From: an uncultured Acidobacteriota bacterium
Lineage (GTDB): Bacteria > Acidobacteriota > Vicinamibacteria > Vicinamibacterales > JAKQTR01
Direction: 5' to 3'
DNA: 64,000 nucleotides
Assembly: GCA_963843385.1 (NCBI GenBank)
Contig: CAWJJY010000007.1
Location: 363,651 to 427,650 of the forward strand
Each line of letters starts with the position of its first letter. Positions within the stretch are counted from its first letter, which is position 1. Positions 18,374 to 27,594 of this stretch are shown here, in pieces. The notes beneath the pieces were generated by a model. That model searched no databases, was not told where the DNA came from, and was given only the letters and a program-made list of their open reading frames with translations. Made by a program: the position numbers and the translations under genes.

Positions 18374-19354
18374 TCAGTCCAGGTACATCACTTCTCGCAC
18401 CGCCGCCACGACGCGAGGCGCCGATGGCATGGCCAGGTGTTCGAGATTCTTCGCGTAGGGCATGGGTACGTCGGCGCCCGTGACCCGCGTCACCGGCGCG
18501 TCGAGATCGCCGAACGCCTCCTGCTGAATCTGGTAGGCGAGCTGCGCCCCAAGTCCGGCATAGGGCCAGCCTTCCTCGACAATGACGCAGCGATTGGTCT
18601 TCCGGACCGATGCGACGATCGGTGCGATGTCAATCGGCCGCAGCGTCCGCGGGTCGATGACCTCGCAGGAAATGCCGTCCTCGGACAGCGTCTCCGCCGC
18701 CTTGAGCGCGACGGTGACCATCTTCGACCAGGCGACGAGGGTCACGTCCTGGCCCTCGCGCTTCAGATCGCTGACGCCGATGGGGACGGTGTAGTCGCCG
18801 TCGGGCACCTCGCCCTTCGATCCGTAGAGCGTCTCGCCCTCGAAGAAGATCACCGGGTCGTCGTCACGGATGGCGCTCTTGAGCAGGCCCTTGGCGTCGT
18901 AGGGCGTCGAAGGCGCGACGACCTTCAGGCCGGGGACGTGCGCGTACCAGGACTCGATGGACTGCGAGTGCTGCGCGGCCAGCTGGTGCGCCGCCCCGCC
19001 CGGGCCGCGCACCACGATCGGAATGCTGAACTGTCCGCCGGACATGTAGAGCATCTTCGCCGCGCCGTTGATGATCTGGTCCATCGCCAGCAGGGAGAAA
19101 TTCCAGGTCATCATCTCGATGACCGGCCGCAGGCCCACCATCGCTGCGCCCACGCCGATGCCGGCGAAACCCTCCTCGGTGATCGGCGTGTCGATGATGC
19201 GCTTCTCGCCGAATTCCTGCAGCATGCCCCGGCTCACCTTGTAGGCGCCCTGGTAGACGCCGACTTCCTCCCCCATGAGGAAGACACGCGGATCGCGCCG
19301 CATCTCTTCCCGCAGTGCCTGGTTCAGTGCATCGCGATAGGTGGTGACTGGCAT
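18374..19354 (-). CDS. pdhB: Pyruvate dehydrogenase E1 component, beta subunit
   Basis: Full-length alpha-ketoacid dehydrogenase beta subunit pattern (...R.A...AL.EEM..D..V...GEEV..Y.GA.KV..GL...FG..R..DTPI.E). Confidence 0.9.
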   Translation of the reverse strand: MPVTTYRDALNQALREEMRRDPRVFLMGEEVGVYQGAYKVSRGMLQEFGEKRIIDTPITEEGFAGIGVGAAMVGLRPVIEMMTWNFSLLAMDQIINGAAKMLYMSGGQFSIPIVVRGPGGAAHQLAAQHSQSIESWYAHVPGLKVVAPSTPYDAKGLLKSAIRDDDPVIFFEGETLYGSKGEVPDGDYTVPIGVSDLKREGQDVTLVAWSKMVTVALKAAETLSEDGISCEVIDPRTLRPIDIAPIVASVRKTNRCVIVEEGWPYAGLGAQLAYQIQQEAFGDLDAPVTRVTGADVPMPYAKNLEHLAMPSAPRVVAAVREVMYLD

Positions 19355-19366
19355 ATCAGGGCCGTC

Positions 19367-20419
19367 CTAGCGCCCGCTCTTCTGAAAGGGGCCGTAGGGC
19401 ACACGGTAGACGTCCTCGTAGAGAGCGTCGCTCGAGGGTTCGGGGCTCGCATCCGCGAACTGGATTGCCTCTTCGACGAGATCCCGGACCTCTTTGTCCA
19501 TCGCCTCGAGACCCGGCTGGTCGATGACGCCCTGGATCTTCAGGCGCTCGAAGTAGGTCTTGATCGGATCCTGGAGCTTCTGCTCCTCGACCTCTTCCTT
19601 CGTCCTGTAGTGGCCGTGAACCGGGTCCGACATCGAGTGGCCCATGAAGCGGTAGCAGCGCGCCTCGATCAGGGTGGGCTCGTTCTCGGTGCGGGCCAGC
19701 TCGACGGCGCGGCCGACCACCTCTCGAACGGCCAGCACATCCATGCCATCGACCGTCTCGCTCGCCATGTCGTAGGCGCAGGCCCGTGCCGCGATGTCGT
19801 AGATGGCCGAAGCCCGCTCGATGGCCGTGCCCATCCCGTACCGGTTGTTCTCGACCACGTAGACGCAGGGGAGCTTCCAGAGCGCCGCCATGTTGAGCGA
19901 CTCGTGAAAGGCGCCGATGTTCACCGCGGCCTCGCCGAAGAAGCAGACCACGACCTGCTTGCGCTGTTCGTACTTGATGGCGAAGGCCACGCCGGTGGCC
20001 AGCGGGATGTGGCCTCCCACGATCGCGTGGCCGCCGAGCACGCCCTTCTCCCGGTCGAACAGGTGCATCGATCCGCCCTTCCCCTTCGAGACGCCGTCCT
20101 GGCGGCCGAAGAGTTCAGCCATCACGCGCCCCGGGTCGACCCCCTTGCAGAGGGCGTGGACGTGATCGCGATACGACGCCAGGATGTAGTCGTCGGGCTG
20201 GAGCGTCGAGATGGCGCCGACCGAGACGGCTTCCTGCCCGATGCCGAGGTGGCAGAACCCGCCGATTTTCTGCAGCGCGTACATCTCGGCCGCACGCTCC
20301 TCGAACCGCCGCCCGAGGAGCATCTTCCGGAGCATGTCGAGCAGCACGGGGGTCGGCGCGTTTGCGATATGGGGGGTCGTTGTCTCGGCCGCGCCCGGCC
20401 GCTCTACCTTGGTCGCCAT
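19367..20419 (-). CDS. pdhA: Pyruvate dehydrogenase E1 component, alpha subunit (TPP-dependent)
   Basis: GF.HL..GQEA, YR.H.H, GKGGSMH and the TPP motif G.G....G.F.E..N.A....LP...V.ENN.Y. Confidence 0.9.
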   Translation of the reverse strand: MATKVERPGAAETTTPHIANAPTPVLLDMLRKMLLGRRFEERAAEMYALQKIGGFCHLGIGQEAVSVGAISTLQPDDYILASYRDHVHALCKGVDPGRVMAELFGRQDGVSKGKGGSMHLFDREKGVLGGHAIVGGHIPLATGVAFAIKYEQRKQVVVCFFGEAAVNIGAFHESLNMAALWKLPCVYVVENNRYGMGTAIERASAIYDIAARACAYDMASETVDGMDVLAVREVVGRAVELARTENEPTLIEARCYRFMGHSMSDPVHGHYRTKEEVEEQKLQDPIKTYFERLKIQGVIDQPGLEAMDKEVRDLVEEAIQFADASPEPSSDALYEDVYRVPYGPFQKSGR

Positions 20420-21339
20420 CAGTCAACCGCCTCCGGCGCCTGGCCTGCGCCGCGAAATGCGTCGGTCTGTTCGTGCGCGTGGTACGAACTGCGGACGAGC
20501 GGGCCGCAGGCCACGTGGCCGAATCCCATGCTCTGGGCCGTGGCCTTCAACATTTCGAACTCGTCCGGGTGGTAGTACCGCACCACGGGCAGGTGAGACG
20601 CCGAGGGACTGAGGTACTGCCCGATGGTGACGATCCCGACGCCGACCGCCCGCAGGTCCGCGAGCGTCGCAACAACCTCGTCCCATTGTTCGCCCAGCCC
20701 CACCATGATCCCGGACTTGGTGGGAATGCCCGGCGCGTAGCGGCGCGCGCGGTCGAGCAGCTCGAGCGCACGCGGGTAACGCCCTCCGGGACGCGCAATC
20801 CGGTACAGGCGGGGCACGGTCTCGGTGTTGTGATTGAGCACGTCGGGCCGCGCGTCGAGCACGGTCCGCAGGGGCGACTCCTCACCCTTGAAATCGGGAA
20901 TCAACACTTCGATCTGGCAGTCGGCGCGAGCGTCCCGGATGCGGCCGATCGTGTCGGCAAAGATCGAGGCGCCGCCATCACTGAGATCGTCGCGATCGAC
21001 CGAGGTGATGACGACATACTGCAGGCCCATCGTGCGCACGGCGTCGGCCACGCGTGCGGGCTCCTCGGTGTCCAGGCCGACAGGCTTTCCGTGCAGCACG
21101 GCACAGAAGCCGCACGCCCGGGTGCACACATCGCCGAGAATCATGAAGGTGGCCGTCCCGTGATGCCAGCACTCCCCGATGTTCGGGCAGTGCGCTTCCT
21201 CGCACACGGTGTGGAGCCCCTCCTGCCGCATCAGGCTCTTGAGCCGGAGGTAGGCGGGGGACCCCGGCGCGCGCACCTTCAGCCACTCGGGTTTCTTCTC
21301 GCGAGGACGGACCACGACGGCAGGCGAAACGCTGTTCAT
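20419..21339 (-). CDS. lipA: Lipoyl synthase
   Basis: KP.WLK, CEEA.CPNI.EC and the radical-SAM motif CTR.C.FC. Its stop overlaps the pdhA ATG by 1 nt (TGATG). Confidence 0.93.
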   Translation of the reverse strand: MNSVSPAVVVRPREKKPEWLKVRAPGSPAYLRLKSLMRQEGLHTVCEEAHCPNIGECWHHGTATFMILGDVCTRACGFCAVLHGKPVGLDTEEPARVADAVRTMGLQYVVITSVDRDDLSDGGASIFADTIGRIRDARADCQIEVLIPDFKGEESPLRTVLDARPDVLNHNTETVPRLYRIARPGGRYPRALELLDRARRYAPGIPTKSGIMVGLGEQWDEVVATLADLRAVGVGIVTIGQYLSPSASHLPVVRYYHPDEFEMLKATAQSMGFGHVACGPLVRSSYHAHEQTDAFRGAGQAPEAVD

Positions 21340-21372
21340 AGGACCTTCTGCAGCGGCGTCAACACAAGATCG

Positions 21373-21381
21373 ATGATAACA
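21373..21381 (-). promoter_or_regulatory. Extended -10 promoter candidate (TGtTATCAT) for lipA-pdh
   Basis: Minus strand reads agTGTTATCATcg, 34 nt upstream of the lipA ATG, with GAAGG between. Confidence 0.4.
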
Positions 21382-21782
21382 CTATCCATTCTCCTGAATA
21401 GAGCCGCCAGGCGTTCGGCCTGGAGCCTTCGGCCGGCGGCTCCCGGCTTGCTGCCTATCACAAGCTTGCAGCACGAAGGACGTGATCCTGAGCGGGTCCG
21501 ACGGCGGCGGGCATCGTTTCCGGCGCCTCACAAGCTGGCAACCTCATCCGGCGCCGTTGCTGACCGATTCTCGCCACAGTGTCTGACGGCGAGTTCTCGA
21601 GGCAGGAGGAGGGAGACCGTCTGCGCCGCCTGAAACCATGAGGACGACATCTTTTGACCTGTCCTTCGTGCGGCTTGCTGTCTGGCGGCCGGGATTCCTA
21701 TACTCGTGGCCAGGGTCGGCGGCCCGAACGCCGGCGACCTGCCGTTTACCAGTGGTTCCGAAGAACAGCGAGGTGAGTTCCC

Positions 21783-22490
21783 ATGCGACTCTCCGGTTTG
21801 TCCGTCACGTGGCTGGGCCATACCACGTTCCTGATGACGTCGCCCAACGGCCGCCGCATCCTCTTCGACCCGTTCCTCGAGGGCAACCCCGCGTGCCCGC
21901 CGGACAAGAAGAAGATCGACAAGCTCGATCTGATCCTGGTGACGCACGGCCACTCCGATCACGTCGGCGACGCCGCGCCGGTGGCCAAGCGCACGGGCGC
22001 CACGGTGGTCGGCATCTTCGACCTGTGCCAGTGGCTCGCCCGTCAGGGCGTCTCGAAGACCTCCGGCATGAACAAGGGGGGCTCGCAGGAACTCTGCGGC
22101 ATCCGCATCACGATGGTGGACGCCCGCCACAGCTCGAGCCACATCGACGAGAGCGGCATCACGTATCTCGGCGAGGCGGCCGGGTACGTGGTGCGATTCG
22201 AGAATGGTCTGACGATCTACTTCGCCGGCGACACGGCGGTCTTCAGCGACATGCAGCTCATCAAGGAAATCTACAAACCCTCGATCGCGTTCCTCCCGAT
22301 CGGCGGGTTCTTCACGATGGATCCGGTCGAGGCTGCCAAGGCGGTCGAGTTGCTCGGGGTCAAGCTGGTGATCCCGATGCACTACGAGACGTTCCCGGTC
22401 CTTGCCGGGAGGCCGTCGCAGTTGCGGGAGCTGGTCGCGCCGCTCGGCGTCGAGGTTCTGGAAATGAAGCCGGGCGAGACGGTGGACTGA
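21783..22490 (+). CDS. Metal-dependent hydrolase, UPF0173 / MBL-fold family
   Basis: WLGH..F........ILFDPF, D.ILVTHGH.DH.GD and IPMHY.TFP. RBS GAGGTGAG. Confidence 0.8.
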   Translation: MRLSGLSVTWLGHTTFLMTSPNGRRILFDPFLEGNPACPPDKKKIDKLDLILVTHGHSDHVGDAAPVAKRTGATVVGIFDLCQWLARQGVSKTSGMNKGGSQELCGIRITMVDARHSSSHIDESGITYLGEAAGYVVRFENGLTIYFAGDTAVFSDMQLIKEIYKPSIAFLPIGGFFTMDPVEAAKAVELLGVKLVIPMHYETFPVLAGRPSQLRELVAPLGVEVLEMKPGETVD

Positions 22491-22506
22491 GGAGACACGG
22501 ACGATT

Positions 22507-22529
22507 GGCTGGCGGGGTCGCCGCCAGCC
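22507..22529. terminator. Hairpin between convergent genes, built from heptamer-repeat words
   Basis: ggctggcgg-ggtcg-ccgccagcc lies 17 nt after the stop at 22490. No U tract. Confidence 0.4.
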
Positions 22530-22632
22530 GCGCGTCTCGCCGACGTCTCCTGCTGCCCCGCGCATCGGCGGGCCGTCCTGGTGCTGGCCGCCCGGTCACC
22601 CGCTCGGCGAGGGCTCTGTCGCGACCTTCCTG

Positions 22633-23691
22633 CTAGTAGAACTTCCGCGACAGGTTGAATCCGAGGTACCAGTGGCGGGGCAGGGCCTCCTCGCGGGCAA
22701 GCTGTCCGAAGGTGGTCCCGTGATCCGTCGAGACGTTGAGCTGAAAGCTGTGCCCGCCAACTCTCTTCTCGATGCCGAACGAAATGTGCGGGTTCGATCC
22801 GGTTGTCGACCTGGTCCGAGGCGCGGTTTCCGCCACCAGGTAGGTCGACTTCATCACCCGGATGCGTGCGCCGAGTCCGACAATCAGCGTCGAGGTGCGG
22901 TCGGTGGGGGAACCCGCCACCGGGACGCTGTTTCCCACCCAGATCGGCTGGACGTAGATCGCGCCGTGCTCGCCGATCTCGTGCGAGACGATGGCACCGA
23001 TCGCAGGCGAGTAGGTGTCCTGGAAGTTGTGCGCACCCTCGATCGAGACGAGCGCCGCGACTCCGACCGGGACGCTGGCCTTCTGCTGGAGCAGCGAGTA
23101 CTCCGAGAAGAACTCGATGGTGTGATCGGAGGTGCGAGCGAATCCGAGCTGCACGCCCCGAAACAGGCCGAACCTGAACTCGAGGCCGACCTGCGCGCCC
23201 GCGTCGAGGCCGTACAGGTTCCCGATGCCGGCCTCACCGATGGGTTCGAAGAAGCGGTGCGTCAGGTGAAACGCCATCGCGTGCAGCGGCAGGCGCAGCG
23301 TCGTCGGCAGCGCGATGACGCTGAAGTCGGGCTGCGACGGGTTCAACTCGAGATCCGGATCGTCGGCGACCACGGCACGTGTCGACGTGGAGCCGGCTGA
23401 CGCGTCGGCCGGGCGCGAGGCGGGTTCCTTCTTCGACTGCGGCTTCGCGCCGCCAACCGCGACGGCTCCCGGCGTCTCGACCCGTGCCGCCGCGCCGCCA
23501 ACCGCGACGGCTCCCGGCGTCTCGACCCGTGTCGCCGCGCCGGCCGCCGGCCCGCTGATGTCAGGACGATCCTGTGCCGGCGACGAGGTGGCGACCGCAA
23601 GGCTGAAGAGCAGCGAGGCTGCCAGCGAACTCACCGACGGCGCGAGACGGCGGACTCGCTGGTGCCCTGCGAGAGGTGCGGCTTGTGTCAT
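22633..23691 (-). CDS. Predicted outer-membrane beta-barrel protein (DUF5777-like by recollection)
   Basis: Signal peptide, a low-complexity Ala/Gly/Pro region with a duplicated 15-aa segment, then alternating amphipathic strands ending ...LGFNLSRKFY (aromatic C-terminus). The ATG overlaps the upstream stop (ATGA). Confidence 0.6.
   Translation of the reverse strand: MTQAAPLAGHQRVRRLAPSVSSLAASLLFSLAVATSSPAQDRPDISGPAAGAATRVETPGAVAVGGAAARVETPGAVAVGGAKPQSKKEPASRPADASAGSTSTRAVVADDPDLELNPSQPDFSVIALPTTLRLPLHAMAFHLTHRFFEPIGEAGIGNLYGLDAGAQVGLEFRFGLFRGVQLGFARTSDHTIEFFSEYSLLQQKASVPVGVAALVSIEGAHNFQDTYSPAIGAIVSHEIGEHGAIYVQPIWVGNSVPVAGSPTDRTSTLIVGLGARIRVMKSTYLVAETAPRTRSTTGSNPHISFGIEKRVGGHSFQLNVSTDHGTTFGQLAREEALPRHWYLGFNLSRKFY
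23447..23536. repeat. 45-nt tandem duplication (2 copies, 1 mismatch) inside the barrel gene
   Basis: gcgccgccaaccgcgacggctcccggcgtctcgacccgtg(c/t)cgcc occurs twice. It is in frame and encodes RVETPGAVAVGGA twice. Confidence 0.9.
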
Positions 23692-24098
23692 GATGTGGTC
23701 CCGTGCTTGCTCCGCGGGTTGACGACGAGTACGGCTTCCATGTCGTCGTGCCCTTTCCCACAGTACTCCGAACAGGTGATGTCATACGATCCGGGGGGAC
23801 CCGCGGTGAACGTGATGGTGACGGGCTCTCCGCCCCGCGGTATCTCGCGCGTGATCTTGAATTCTCTGATCCTGAAGCCGTGAATCGTATCGGCGGAGCG
23901 CACGATGAGCGTCACCTGGTCGCCTTCGTTGACCTCGATCCGCGACGGGGTGAAGCTGAACCGCCTGGCTGTGATCTCGATGGTCTTCGATTCCTGGCGC
24001 AGGTCGGACCCGCCCCGGGTCGGCGACGCCACCAGCGTCGCGAAGACCGCGGTCATCGCGATCATCGTCCGGTATCGTTGTCGTCGCTGACGGGCCAT
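23688..24098 (-). CDS. Small secreted or anchored cupredoxin with a CuA-type metal-binding motif
   Basis: N-terminal hydrophobic segment MIAMTAVFATLVA. His in IHGFRI, then 35 residues, then CSEYCGKGHDDM (C-x-E-x-C-x3-H-x2-M), the pattern of the cytochrome oxidase subunit II CuA site. Start at ATG 24098; ATG 24065 is an alternative. Confidence 0.65.
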   Translation of the reverse strand: MARQRRQRYRTMIAMTAVFATLVASPTRGGSDLRQESKTIEITARRFSFTPSRIEVNEGDQVTLIVRSADTIHGFRIREFKITREIPRGGEPVTITFTAGPPGSYDITCSEYCGKGHDDMEAVLVVNPRSKHGTTS

Positions 24099-24228
24099 CG
24101 CGCTGCTCCCGAGTCCTTGTGGGGGCCCACACGGACACGCCGGACGGGTCGCTCCCTGCCGACCCTGCCCTGTCGACAGAGGCGGCACGCCGAGGTGGTG
24201 TCCGCGTGGGATTCCCGTGAGGACCATC

Positions 24229-24245
24229 AGCAACCATCGTGCCGG
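24229..24245 (-). promoter_or_regulatory. Sigma-54-type -24/-12 promoter candidate upstream of the CuA-type cupredoxin
   Basis: Minus strand reads CCGGCACGATGGTTGCT (GGCACG-N4-TTGCT) with GG to GC spacing of exactly 10 nt. It lies 130 nt upstream of ATG 24098 and 113 nt downstream of the sigma-54 activator gene. Confidence 0.55.
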
Positions 24246-24357
24246 GGCGGGGCGCCCGTGAAGTCGACTGAAATCCTGGGGTTGTCGTTGCGCCTCCCCA
24301 ATCGCCGATTACGGGTCCCGAACGGCCTTACGCCGAAGGTAAGGCACAGGCGGCCAG

Positions 24358-25728
24358 TCAGTCATGGCCGATTCGGTACTTCGCGAGGTAGTAACTCAGC
24401 GCGCGCTGTGAGATGCCCATCAAATGGGCCGCGTCCTTCTTGATGCCGCCCGAGCTCTCGAGCGCGCGACGGACCGTTTCCTGCTCCGCCCACTCGGTAT
24501 TCTCCCGGAGCCTCAGCGAGGGCAATCCGGACACCGGCGGCGCGATGGTGCCGAGGCTCGTGATCTCGCGGGCGCCGATGATCGGGGTCTGGGACAGCAC
24601 GACCGCGCGTTCGATCGTGTTCTCGAGCTCACGCACGTTGCCGGGCCAGTCGTAGCTCTGCAGCACGGCCAGGGCATCTGGACCGACCCCGTCCACGCGC
24701 TTGCCGCACCGCTGGGCGTGCTTGCGGATGAAATGTTCCGCGAGCGGCGCCACGTCTTCGCGGCGCTCGCGCAGCGGCGGAATGGAGATCGGAATCACGT
24801 GAAGGCGGTAGAACAGGTCTTCGAGGAAGCGGCCCTCGGTGACCATCTGGCGGATGTCGCGGCTGGTCGCCGCGATGACGCGCACGTCCACCTTCTCGGA
24901 CCGTTCCGACCCGAGCGGTTCGAACTCACGCTCCTGCAGCACCCGCAGCAGCTTGGCCTGGAGTGGGGTCGGCATCATCGCGATCTCGTCCAGGAAGATC
25001 GATCCGCCGTCGGCCAGCGCGAACTTGCCCTTCTTGTTGGACGTCGCGCCGGTGAACGCGCCGCGGACGTGGCCGAACAGCTCGGATTCGAGCAGCGTCT
25101 CTGGAATCGCCGCGCAGTTCACCTTGATGAGCGGCATGTGCCGCTGCGCGCTGCGATCGTGGATGGCGCGGGCCACCAGTTCCTTTCCGGTGCCGGTCTC
25201 GCCCAGGATCATCACCGTGCTTCTCGACTGCGAGACCAGCTCCGCGGTCCGGATGACCTCCTGGATCTGGCGGCTCCGGCCGACGATCCCGTAGTGGTTG
25301 AAATCCTCGTCGCGCTCGCTGATGAGGTACCGATGCTCGGTCCGCAGCCGCTGCAGTTCCACCGCCCGCCGCACGACGACGAGCAGCTCGTCGATCTCGA
25401 AGGGCTTCTGCAGGTAGTCGAGCGCCCCGAGCTTCATGGCCTCGATGGCACTCTCCACCGTCGCGTGCGCCGTCATCATCACCATCTGCGGCCGCTCGGC
25501 CTCGGGCACCGTGGCGGCGATGTCCCGGACCAGGTCGAGCCCGGTCAGCTCGGGCATCACGTTGTCGACCACGATGACATCGAAGGTGCGATCCGCCAGC
25601 AGCTTCTGGGCCCGGCGCGAGCTGTTGCTCTCCACCACCTGGTGGCCGTCATCGCGAAGGGCGCGCCCCAGCGTCTTGAGGATCTTCTCCTCGTCGTCGA
25701 CCAGCAGGATGGTTCCCGTTGCGGACAT
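24358..25728 (-). CDS. Sigma-54-dependent response regulator (NtrC/AtoC-type bacterial enhancer-binding protein)
   Basis: Receiver domain (ILLVDDE...D..VVD..MP), AAA+ core (GETGTGKE, GAFTGA, ESELFGH) and a C-terminal Fis-type HTH. Confidence 0.92.
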   Translation of the reverse strand: MSATGTILLVDDEEKILKTLGRALRDDGHQVVESNSSRRAQKLLADRTFDVIVVDNVMPELTGLDLVRDIAATVPEAERPQMVMMTAHATVESAIEAMKLGALDYLQKPFEIDELLVVVRRAVELQRLRTEHRYLISERDEDFNHYGIVGRSRQIQEVIRTAELVSQSRSTVMILGETGTGKELVARAIHDRSAQRHMPLIKVNCAAIPETLLESELFGHVRGAFTGATSNKKGKFALADGGSIFLDEIAMMPTPLQAKLLRVLQEREFEPLGSERSEKVDVRVIAATSRDIRQMVTEGRFLEDLFYRLHVIPISIPPLRERREDVAPLAEHFIRKHAQRCGKRVDGVGPDALAVLQSYDWPGNVRELENTIERAVVLSQTPIIGAREITSLGTIAPPVSGLPSLRLRENTEWAEQETVRRALESSGGIKKDAAHLMGISQRALSYYLAKYRIGHD

Positions 25729-25737
25729 GAGGCACCC

Positions 25738-27594
25738 TCAAGTGTTGGCGCGCGGCGCCGGGCTCATTGCAGGACCGGGGGCTGAGAGCGGCAGCTCGAT
25801 CCGCACCTCGGTCCCGACGTTCAACTCGCTGCGGACCGTGATGCCGCCGCCCAGCCCGTTGATCACGTTCTTGGCAATGGCCAGGCCCAGTCCGGTGCCG
25901 CTGCGCCTGGTCGTGAAGAACGGATCGAACACCCTCGGCAGGACGGCCGGGTCGATTCCCGCACCGGCATCCGCCACGACTGCGACCACGTGACCGGGAT
26001 CGAGGCACGAGGTCCGCACCTGGATCGGCGCGGCGCCGGAGGCGCCATCAGGTCGCGTCCCGGGCGCGCTCGCCCGCGCGCGCACCGCCAGCCTCGCATT
26101 GGTAATGACGTTGATCAGGACCGTTCGGATGCGCTCGGCGTCGGTCGTCACCTGCGGCAGATTCGAATCGAGGTGCAGATCGATCCCAGGCTCGGTCTCG
26201 CCCGCCTGGGCCGCCGCGACCGCATCCGCGCAGACCGCGTTGAGGTCGGCGGGCGCGAGATCGAACCGGAGCGGCTTGGCATAGTCGAGGACCTCGTTCA
26301 CCACGCGGTTCAACCGGGTGACCTCACCATCGATGTCGGAGGCGGCCTCCGCGACCGACGACGAGGACGCGTCCACGCGCGTCAGCGCGCGGAGCGAGGC
26401 CTTGATGATCATGAGCGGGTTGCGGATCTCGTGGGCGACGATGGCCGACAATCGGCCGAGCGACGACAGGCGCTCCCGCTGGGCCACTTCCTCCTGGAAC
26501 CGGGCAATGGATTCGGTCAGCGTGTTGAACGTGGCGGCAAGCAGGCGCGCATCTTCGTCGTCCCAGTGGGATGGCGGGGTGATCTTGCGGGCGAGATCTC
26601 CGGTCACCGCGATTTCGCGCATCACGGCGGTGATCGCGCCGAGCGGCCGGGTGACCGTGCGGGCGATCGCGTAGGCCAGGACCGTGGCGAGCAGCACGGT
26701 GACCACCAGCGTGAGCACGGTCACCTTGTTGACCGTCTGCAGGAATCGCAGCCGCTCGGTGCTCGATCGCAGCACGATCGCCACCGGCACCTGCGCCCGC
26801 GAGCCCGAGGCCGGAGCCGGGGCGTTGGCAGCCGCCTGGGACCCGAGAGGCGAGACCGGGGGCAACCTCTGCAGCACCCCCACGAATTCCTCTCCTCCCA
26901 TCATCACGTGCGAAATCCCGGAGCTCCCAAGCAGCGCTTCGAGCGCCGTGTCCGACCCGGCGGCCAGCGTCGAGGCCCGTACGCGGCCATCGAAGGCAAA
27001 GGCGATTTCGCTGCCCGTCAGCTGCTTGAATTGCGCCGCCAGGCGCCGGTCCAGCAGGAAGCCCACGCTGAGCGTCCCGATAATCTCCGGCGGATTCTGG
27101 CCGGCTGTGACCGGGACCGTCACCAGTTGCAGGACGCCGGATGGCTGGGTCCAATAGGCCGTCGAGGCCATGCCGTCCAGGGCGCCCCGAACCGAGGCGA
27201 GGCCGCCGACTTCCTCGGAGGTGAGCTGGGTTCCGCCGGACACGGCCAGCACGCGTCCGCTCCGATCGGTCACCGCCACGACGTCCGCCTTCGTCAGCAG
27301 CCGGCGGTAATCCTCCACCAGTGAATGCACCGTCGGCGGATCGCCGGTCCCGATGGCGGCCTTCAGGATTGGAATATCGGCGATGAGCTTGGCCAGCAGC
27401 GAGAAGGTGTCGAAGATGTCGCGGCCGTGATTCTCGACGAGCGCTCCGGCTTCGACCAGGCCGCGCTCGAGCTCGACTTCGGCCGAGGCGGTGACCCGCG
27501 TGCTGACGAAGACGACCGTGAATCCGATGGCCAGAACCGCCAGGAGCGTCGTCGCCAGGAAGATCCGGTTGGTCAGCGATGAGAGGAGCTTCAT
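25738..27594 (-). CDS. Sensor histidine kinase with a large periplasmic sensor domain, HAMP, HisKA and HATPase
   Basis: TM1, about 270 aa extracytoplasmic region, TM2, HAMP-like linker, H-box SAIVAHEIRNPL, N/G boxes (...DAGAGI...FDPFFTT...GTGLGLAI). Confidence 0.9.
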   Translation of the reverse strand: MKLLSSLTNRIFLATTLLAVLAIGFTVVFVSTRVTASAEVELERGLVEAGALVENHGRDIFDTFSLLAKLIADIPILKAAIGTGDPPTVHSLVEDYRRLLTKADVVAVTDRSGRVLAVSGGTQLTSEEVGGLASVRGALDGMASTAYWTQPSGVLQLVTVPVTAGQNPPEIIGTLSVGFLLDRRLAAQFKQLTGSEIAFAFDGRVRASTLAAGSDTALEALLGSSGISHVMMGGEEFVGVLQRLPPVSPLGSQAAANAPAPASGSRAQVPVAIVLRSSTERLRFLQTVNKVTVLTLVVTVLLATVLAYAIARTVTRPLGAITAVMREIAVTGDLARKITPPSHWDDEDARLLAATFNTLTESIARFQEEVAQRERLSSLGRLSAIVAHEIRNPLMIIKASLRALTRVDASSSSVAEAASDIDGEVTRLNRVVNEVLDYAKPLRFDLAPADLNAVCADAVAAAQAGETEPGIDLHLDSNLPQVTTDAERIRTVLINVITNARLAVRARASAPGTRPDGASGAAPIQVRTSCLDPGHVVAVVADAGAGIDPAVLPRVFDPFFTTRRSGTGLGLAIAKNVINGLGGGITVRSELNVGTEVRIELPLSAPGPAMSPAPRANT

